From a virus, in IMG/VR virus record IMGVR_UViG_3300046703_000100, positions 1 to 64,000 of that record: DNA of 64,000 bases. One strand, given 5' to 3'. A model generated the notes under the pieces. That model was not told where the DNA came from and ran no database searches. It saw only the letters and a list, made by a program, of their open reading frames with translations. This document shows positions 58,970-64,000 of this stretch, one piece after another. How positions within the stretch are numbered: position 1 is the stretch's first letter; every line of letters starts with the position of its first letter. The position numbers were made by a program, and so were the translations under genes.

Positions 58970-60223
58970 TTAAATTCCTATAATCGTAGGGTCGGCACTA
59001 ATGGTTAATTCTTGCCCCTCTAACTGATTTTCGGCTTTGACATACTCTTTCACTGTGATGCCCCCTCTTACTTCTTTAGGAGCGAGTTTTGTTGCTTTCA
59101 TTCCATATTTGAAATGAGTTTTTGTATTATCAGAGAATATCTTTATGATAAGAGTAGCGTTATCTGTAAATTTTTCTATATCTATTTGACCAATATTGCC
59201 AGCCCCTCTCATAACTTCTTCAATCGTGAATTCTTCAAGAATTCTACCTAATGTAATGGTTACTGCCTTATCTCTAATGCCTCTCTGAACTACGTTTTTA
59301 TTACCTAATTCTTTTAAATCCTCTCGTGTGTATTTTACATCAATTTTACAACTCTGCAATGTATAAAGATAATCCTGAGCATCTGGATGAGCAGTTGCGG
59401 GTATGTACAAATAAATAGATACGCAATCTCCTAAAATACCAGCTATGTCTGTATCATTTAATACAAATACTTCTGGTGAAGTAGCAGATGTATACCAATA
59501 TTTTATAACATCGGAAGTATAACAATGGTCAACTGTAATTATTCCTGCTGAACCATAAGTAACCTGCCCTAAATCTATAGAAGTTTTCAAATCTAATAGA
59601 ATAGTTGACACTCCTGCTCTAACTCTAACAACTCTTAATATATATTTGTCAGTATTATCAGGAAGTTCAACAGGCATATAAGACGAAACATCTATTACCA
59701 CAGATTCATCGCTAACACTGCTTCCAACTATTTCTTGATTATTTATAATGTACTGATTTGCTCCTCTAAAAATTTCACCAGCTTCTCCAATAAAGTCAAA
59801 AGTTCTTTCTGCCTTTGTCTCTGGTGCTCCTATATTAAGACCCCATGAATTCGTTCTTAAATTAGGATACCAATATGTACCTTCGAATGTTCCATCATCA
59901 TTTGTTAAATAAGCGGAAATATCGAAAATAGATGTTTTGAAATCGTTCATTACTATTCCGTCTTCTCCGTCATTTCCTTTTACTTCATCATTAATTAATT
60001 TCTGCCAAAACTCTATATTACCATATTCTAACTGTGTTAAACGATAAGTAACATTTGGTGTTTTGTTCAAATAACCAACTAAATCTTCTCTACCAATTTC
60101 ATCAACACGCTCTCTATTAAGAGCGATAGCAGGGTCTATGGCTTGGGCACGGTCTATATTAGCAGACGCACCTATACCTAAAACCGGCGTTAATTTTGGT
60201 GCATAAAACGAACTGTGAATCAT
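58970..60223 (-). CDS. Major tail (tube) protein
   Basis: Position between tail completion and chaperones; SD AAGGAGG before MIHSSF; flanking RNA structures. Confidence 0.6.
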   Translation of the reverse strand: MIHSSFYAPKLTPVLGIGASANIDRAQAIDPAIALNRERVDEIGREDLVGYLNKTPNVTYRLTQLEYGNIEFWQKLINDEVKGNDGEDGIVMNDFKTSIFDISAYLTNDDGTFEGTYWYPNLRTNSWGLNIGAPETKAERTFDFIGEAGEIFRGANQYIINNQEIVGSSVSDESVVIDVSSYMPVELPDNTDKYILRVVRVRAGVSTILLDLKTSIDLGQVTYGSAGIITVDHCYTSDVIKYWYTSATSPEVFVLNDTDIAGILGDCVSIYLYIPATAHPDAQDYLYTLQSCKIDVKYTREDLKELGNKNVVQRGIRDKAVTITLGRILEEFTIEEVMRGAGNIGQIDIEKFTDNATLIIKIFSDNTKTHFKYGMKATKLAPKEVRGGITVKEYVKAENQLEGQELTISADPTIIGI

Positions 60224-60356
60224 ATTATTTGCCCTCCTTTGGCAATCTCTCTTTCGGAGATTTTTCTTCACCTTTAAGAAAAACCAAGAGATATACTTCT
60301 AATACTTCATACAATTATTACAATTAGCATTTTATCTAATGCTACTTACATATTCT

Positions 60357-60617
60357 TTATCTATTTTTCTTTATTGCTTTTATTTTTCGATTAAATCTTT
60401 GATTTTTTGTTCTTTCATCTACTCTTGCAAACCCGACTTCAAGTTTTGCAATACGTTCTTCTTCTTTTTCTTGTGATTTTTTAATTTCTTTAACGTCTAA
60501 TGTAAGATGTTTGAGGTCATTTGCGATAATTTTAACAAATCCTGCAACAGTTATAATTATACCAAGTATTTGTAATATCGTTAAAGACGCTCCAAGTATC
60601 CAATAAGAATTTGGCAT
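60357..60617 (-). CDS. Single-TM plus coiled-coil protein, holin/XhlA-like
   Basis: N-terminal TM, coiled coil, basic C-terminus. Confidence 0.4.
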   Translation of the reverse strand: MPNSYWILGASLTILQILGIIITVAGFVKIIANDLKHLTLDVKEIKKSQEKEEERIAKLEVGFARVDERTKNQRFNRKIKAIKKNR

Positions 60618-60629
60618 ATTATTTTCTCC

Positions 60630-61358
60630 TTATATTAACTGATAAATTTTATTTATTATTTCTGTAAAATAAGCGAACCAAAAGTCTCTATTAAAATTGC
60701 TTTTGCAGTGACATTTATCGCATAAACTAACTAAATTTTCTTCTTTACAGTTTGTTTTATTATAATCTATATGATGTATACTTAATTTTCTATTATTGTC
60801 TTTAAGTTCTTGTTTTTGTATTTTGTCACAGTATTGACATTTGTAATTATCTCTGTTTCTAATCGAGTCCTTAAAATCGTTTGTAAATTCAAAAGTATAA
60901 GGTTCTAAAGAACTCCAATTATTAAAATTGGGATTGTTTTCCCCCATCATTAATTTACTGTGTTCTGGACGTTTTTTACCTTTATGACTTTCAGTTTTTG
61001 TTCGAATTGGAATATCTAATTTTAATAACCAAGCATATATATTTTCATTAGAACAATTATATTCTTTTGCTATTTGAACAATGGATTTATTTTCATCTAT
61101 ATAATCTTTAGATAATTGTTCTATAGTAATATGAAATTTATTTTTGCAACAACTACGGCATAACGCTGTGCCATATAACGCCGAAGACCAACTTATTTTA
61201 CTATTACATTGTATACAATAATAATTTTGTTTATCTCGTCTTTGTCCGATTTTTAATAATTGTTTATTAGCACATTTTCGACATCTTGTAGATTGATAAT
61301 GTATTAATTTATTACATTCAATACAATGATTTTTTAAATAATATTTTTTCTTCTTCAT
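60630..61358 (-). CDS. HNH endonuclease (CxxC repeats, HTH, NUMOD-like segment)
   Basis: RDNYKCQYC...IHHIDYNKTNC..NLVSLCDKCH. Confidence 0.88.
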   Translation of the reverse strand: MKKKKYYLKNHCIECNKLIHYQSTRCRKCANKQLLKIGQRRDKQNYYCIQCNSKISWSSALYGTALCRSCCKNKFHITIEQLSKDYIDENKSIVQIAKEYNCSNENIYAWLLKLDIPIRTKTESHKGKKRPEHSKLMMGENNPNFNNWSSLEPYTFEFTNDFKDSIRNRDNYKCQYCDKIQKQELKDNNRKLSIHHIDYNKTNCKEENLVSLCDKCHCKSNFNRDFWFAYFTEIINKIYQLI

Positions 61359-61364
61359 ACTACT

Positions 61365-61393
61365 ATTATACCATATTTTATGATAGATTGCAA
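61365..61393 (-). promoter_or_regulatory. Sigma70-type promoter P6; predicted leaderless transcript
   Basis: On - strand: TTGCAA, 17 nt, TATAAT, 6 nt, ATG of the HNH gene; no SD. Confidence 0.8.
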
Positions 61394-61412
61394 GTTTTTT
61401 ACACTCTTAATT

Positions 61413-61910
61413 TTATTCTAACTTTCCTCGATTAACGGTAAGTGTGATAAGATGTCTGTATCTATCTATTGTCTCTAATTTCGATTTTTCTGTATCGAAT
61501 TTAATTGAAGTATCTCCAATTTTTAATACTCTTATTCTTCCTTCAGCAGTTTTTGATTGTATAATTGTACTTCTACCATCAGAAGATTTTTGAGTTATAT
61601 ATTTATAATAAGGACATCCGACTTTCATAATATCTATTATAAAATCTTTTAAATCCAATCTTTGTCCATCTGACGTACTAAACAGATTAATTAATACTTG
61701 ATAATCTCTTACTTCAGCATTGTCTCCCAATTCTCCATGATTAGTAACTGAACTTTCGCTTCTTACCGCAATTACTGGAAGATTTAATCCATATGCTTCT
61801 TCAAATCCTTTAACAACTGCAATTCCTGTCCATGAGGCAGATGCAAGTTGAGCAATGATGTAGTCGATTACACTCGCCTCGATATTGCGTGTTCTTCTGT
61901 AAATAGCCAT
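61413..61910 (-). CDS. Tail completion/terminator-like protein
   Basis: LPVIAVR motif, position upstream of the tail tube gene. Confidence 0.5.
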   Translation of the reverse strand: MAIYRRTRNIEASVIDYIIAQLASASWTGIAVVKGFEEAYGLNLPVIAVRSESSVTNHGELGDNAEVRDYQVLINLFSTSDGQRLDLKDFIIDIMKVGCPYYKYITQKSSDGRSTIIQSKTAEGRIRVLKIGDTSIKFDTEKSKLETIDRYRHLITLTVNRGKLE

Positions 61911-61912
61911 TA

Positions 61913-62482
61913 TTAAACTCCTGATTTAATTACTTTTATAAGATTTTGTAATTCATTGTCGAGCATTAATGTAGTACTTTCGATGTAGTTAATTCCTTTT
62001 ATTGGAGAATGTACGTGCATAAAATAATTGCCTTCTTTACCATGTTCATTTTTAATATAAGGAGAGTGTGTAAATCTTTCATTTCCAACACCTGTTCCTG
62101 CCATATTAAAATCGGGGGCGTGTCCATCAAAAGAACCTGGTACTGCTTTACCAGTTAAACCTGCCCAAGACATACCACCAAAATTTAGCAATGTCCAATA
62201 TTTTGCTATACTATTTAATTCAGGAATGTGCCCAATACCCCACCAAATTTGTGCTGTACCTGCTCCTGCTTGACCATATAATTTTATTGCTTGTATTAAA
62301 TTTCCAGTTTTACCACTTCTTTTAGAATTATCGGCAATATAATTTCTCATATACGCTAACATTTTTTCACCTAAAGAATAAGCTTCTGATTGAAAAATCA
62401 TCCAGTCTTTTTCAATAGTTTCGTGATAAATTATTTTAGAATCAAATTGGGGCGTTATAGATGCTGTTATGGAAAATTGCAT
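61913..62482 (-). CDS. Neck protein (HK97 gp10-like)
   Basis: KTGNLIQAI...KYW..LNFG pattern, position. Confidence 0.5.
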   Translation of the reverse strand: MQFSITASITPQFDSKIIYHETIEKDWMIFQSEAYSLGEKMLAYMRNYIADNSKRSGKTGNLIQAIKLYGQAGAGTAQIWWGIGHIPELNSIAKYWTLLNFGGMSWAGLTGKAVPGSFDGHAPDFNMAGTGVGNERFTHSPYIKNEHGKEGNYFMHVHSPIKGINYIESTTLMLDNELQNLIKVIKSGV

Positions 62483-62488
62483 ATTAAT

Positions 62489-63109
62489 TTACTTTCTTAT
62501 AGCAATTCCTAATTCTTTTAAATCTTTTTCCATTATTAATTGTATTTTTATCTCTGGATAAAATATTTTCGTTAAATCAAATTTAAATTTAGCATCATCT
62601 ATCCAGTAACCTTTTATTTCTATATATTCATTGGTTTCAGGTAAATAAAAATCAGGTGTATAAGTAGTATCGCCTAAGTCAAATGCTTTTGGTTCGTATA
62701 TCCATTTAATATCATTGTCGTCTAAAAATTGAGCGAAATTAACTTCCCATTGTGAATGAAAACAATTATCTTTATACCAAATTCGTTTACCATGAAAAAG
62801 AACTTTACCGAAATGAGGATGTTTTCTTCCTTGCATTTCTTTATGAAAACAATCTGCACATCTTCCTTTACCAGCGAAAACAGTTTGATGACTTGTTTCT
62901 TTACCGCATTTACAATAATAATGTTTATCTTGACAAGTTAATCCATGAATAAATTGATTATTATTACTGCCTCCATGTATTATTTTATTTTCTGGTCTTT
63001 TTTTACCAAACATAGAATTTAAAGAACCTTTATGAGAACAAGATTTACATCTTATCGATTTTGACCAAATTAATGTTCCACAATCAATACATTTATTATG
63101 TTTATGCAT
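62489..63109 (-). CDS. Free-standing PD-(D/E)XK endonuclease with CxxC/NUMOD-like N-terminus
   Basis: FHSQWE, WIYEP, YTPDFYL, YIEIKG. Confidence 0.8.
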   Translation of the reverse strand: MHKHNKCIDCGTLIWSKSIRCKSCSHKGSLNSMFGKKRPENKIIHGGSNNNQFIHGLTCQDKHYYCKCGKETSHQTVFAGKGRCADCFHKEMQGRKHPHFGKVLFHGKRIWYKDNCFHSQWEVNFAQFLDDNDIKWIYEPKAFDLGDTTYTPDFYLPETNEYIEIKGYWIDDAKFKFDLTKIFYPEIKIQLIMEKDLKELGIAIRK

Positions 63110-63471
63110 TATACTAATTTCCTATATATATATGCTCTGATAAAATGATAGGGTGATTCTCCTTCTAATTTATATTGAAGACGACCTGAAATACGCCATC
63201 CTTCAAAATATTCCTCTCCAACTTGTATTTTATAAGAATTAAGAAGTATTGAAAGATTTCTTGCTTCGATGATAATTTGTTTAGCATTGTCGGTAACTAT
63301 TCCTGGCATTGCCCAGGTAACTTTTTCAAATGCTAAATCAGTTACTATTGCTTTTATAGTGATTGGATTTAATTCTATATCGGTTTTGTTGTGTTCGTAT
63401 GGGTCATTATCGCTTGATATAGAAGGATATAATCTAATTGGTTGTGAATGGTCTCTGAAAACGGTTTTCAT
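63109..63471 (-). CDS. Head closure-like protein
   Basis: Size, beta-rich, position in the neck module. Confidence 0.45.
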   Translation of the reverse strand: MKTVFRDHSQPIRLYPSISSDNDPYEHNKTDIELNPITIKAIVTDLAFEKVTWAMPGIVTDNAKQIIIEARNLSILLNSYKIQVGEEYFEGWRISGRLQYKLEGESPYHFIRAYIYRKLV

Positions 63472-63715
63472 ATATTTACTTTCTTTTAATATTTATTTCT
63501 TATATTGTTCCATCGAATAATATTTTATAGTTTACTCCTTATGCACATATATCCCCTTTATACTATTTCCGCAGGTCTTTATATTTTTCTTGGCACTCTA
63601 CGCATTTCATATTCTTATCACCAGAAAATATACCTTTATCATGGTCGCAAGGAATATACGGTGTCTGTGCACCTACTACAATACAAGTTACGCCTTTATC
63701 TTTCATATATCTCCT

Positions 63716-64000
63716 TTAAGCTGAAGCTTTCAATCTAATGGTTGCTATAACAGCAGTAATACTTGTTCCCATTTTATTCTCAACTCTGTAATAAGAGCTT
63801 GCATAGCAACCAACATTTATTTTGTTATCTGTGCCCAAAGTAGTTGTAAAATCAGCCCCATTTTGCCATAGTATAGCTTGTTCTCCACTAAAACCGATAA
63901 CCAATGCACAAGAGCCAGTAGCAGCAACTGTAACTGAAATAAGTCCAGCACCAGTTGACAAAGTGCAAGTTCCATCATCAGCCAATATAACAGTATTAGC
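63716..64000 (-). CDS. C-terminal part of a probable virion protein, truncated by the window end
   Basis: Frame stays open to position 64000; Gly/Thr/Ala-rich beta strands. Confidence 0.5.
   Translation of the reverse strand, partial: ANTVILADDGTCTLSTGAGLISVTVAATGSCALVIGFSGEQAILWQNGADFTTTLGTDNKINVGCYASSYYRVENKMGTSITAVIATIRLKASA

Noticed and set aside
1-64000. CRISPR array or diversity-generating retroelement
   Set aside because: No regularly spaced repeats, no reverse transcriptase and no TR/VR pair noticed
1-64000. Stop-codon reassignment
   Set aside because: Core genes are full length in the standard code, and TAA, TGA and TAG all end genes

Overview
A 64 kb internal segment of an AT-rich tailed dsDNA phage genome, probably a siphovirus. 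The host appears to be bacterial, judging by sigma70-type promoters and AAGGAG Shine-Dalgarno sites. + strand 1-20 kb: dense small early ORFs, a transglutaminase-like peptidase, a membrane-anchored RuvB-like ATPase, an HNH nuclease, a tyrosine recombinase, a deaminase, M16 and S1 proteases, nucleotide-pool enzymes, an intein-containing 5'-3' exonuclease, an RNA ligase, an amidoligase and three transporter-like genes. + strand 20-40 kb: replication and recombination genes (DNA MTase, primase-helicase, RuvC, RecA, ribosomal protein bS21, intein-containing family B polymerase, SbcCD). + strand 40.5-47.5 kb: a nucleotide-sugar synthesis and glycosyltransferase cluster. - strand 47.5-64 kb: tail and neck morphogenesis genes with free-standing endonucleases. 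Non-obvious signals: (1) a conserved promoter family in which 4 of 6 copies have ATG at the predicted +1; (2) a candidate kissing-loop RNA; (3) a DLVTGTPV motif shared by the polymerase tail and a membrane protein; (4) apparent GATC avoidance; (5) a 15 bp direct repeat flanking the MTase cassette. All assignments come from motif recognition by eye; no searches were run.
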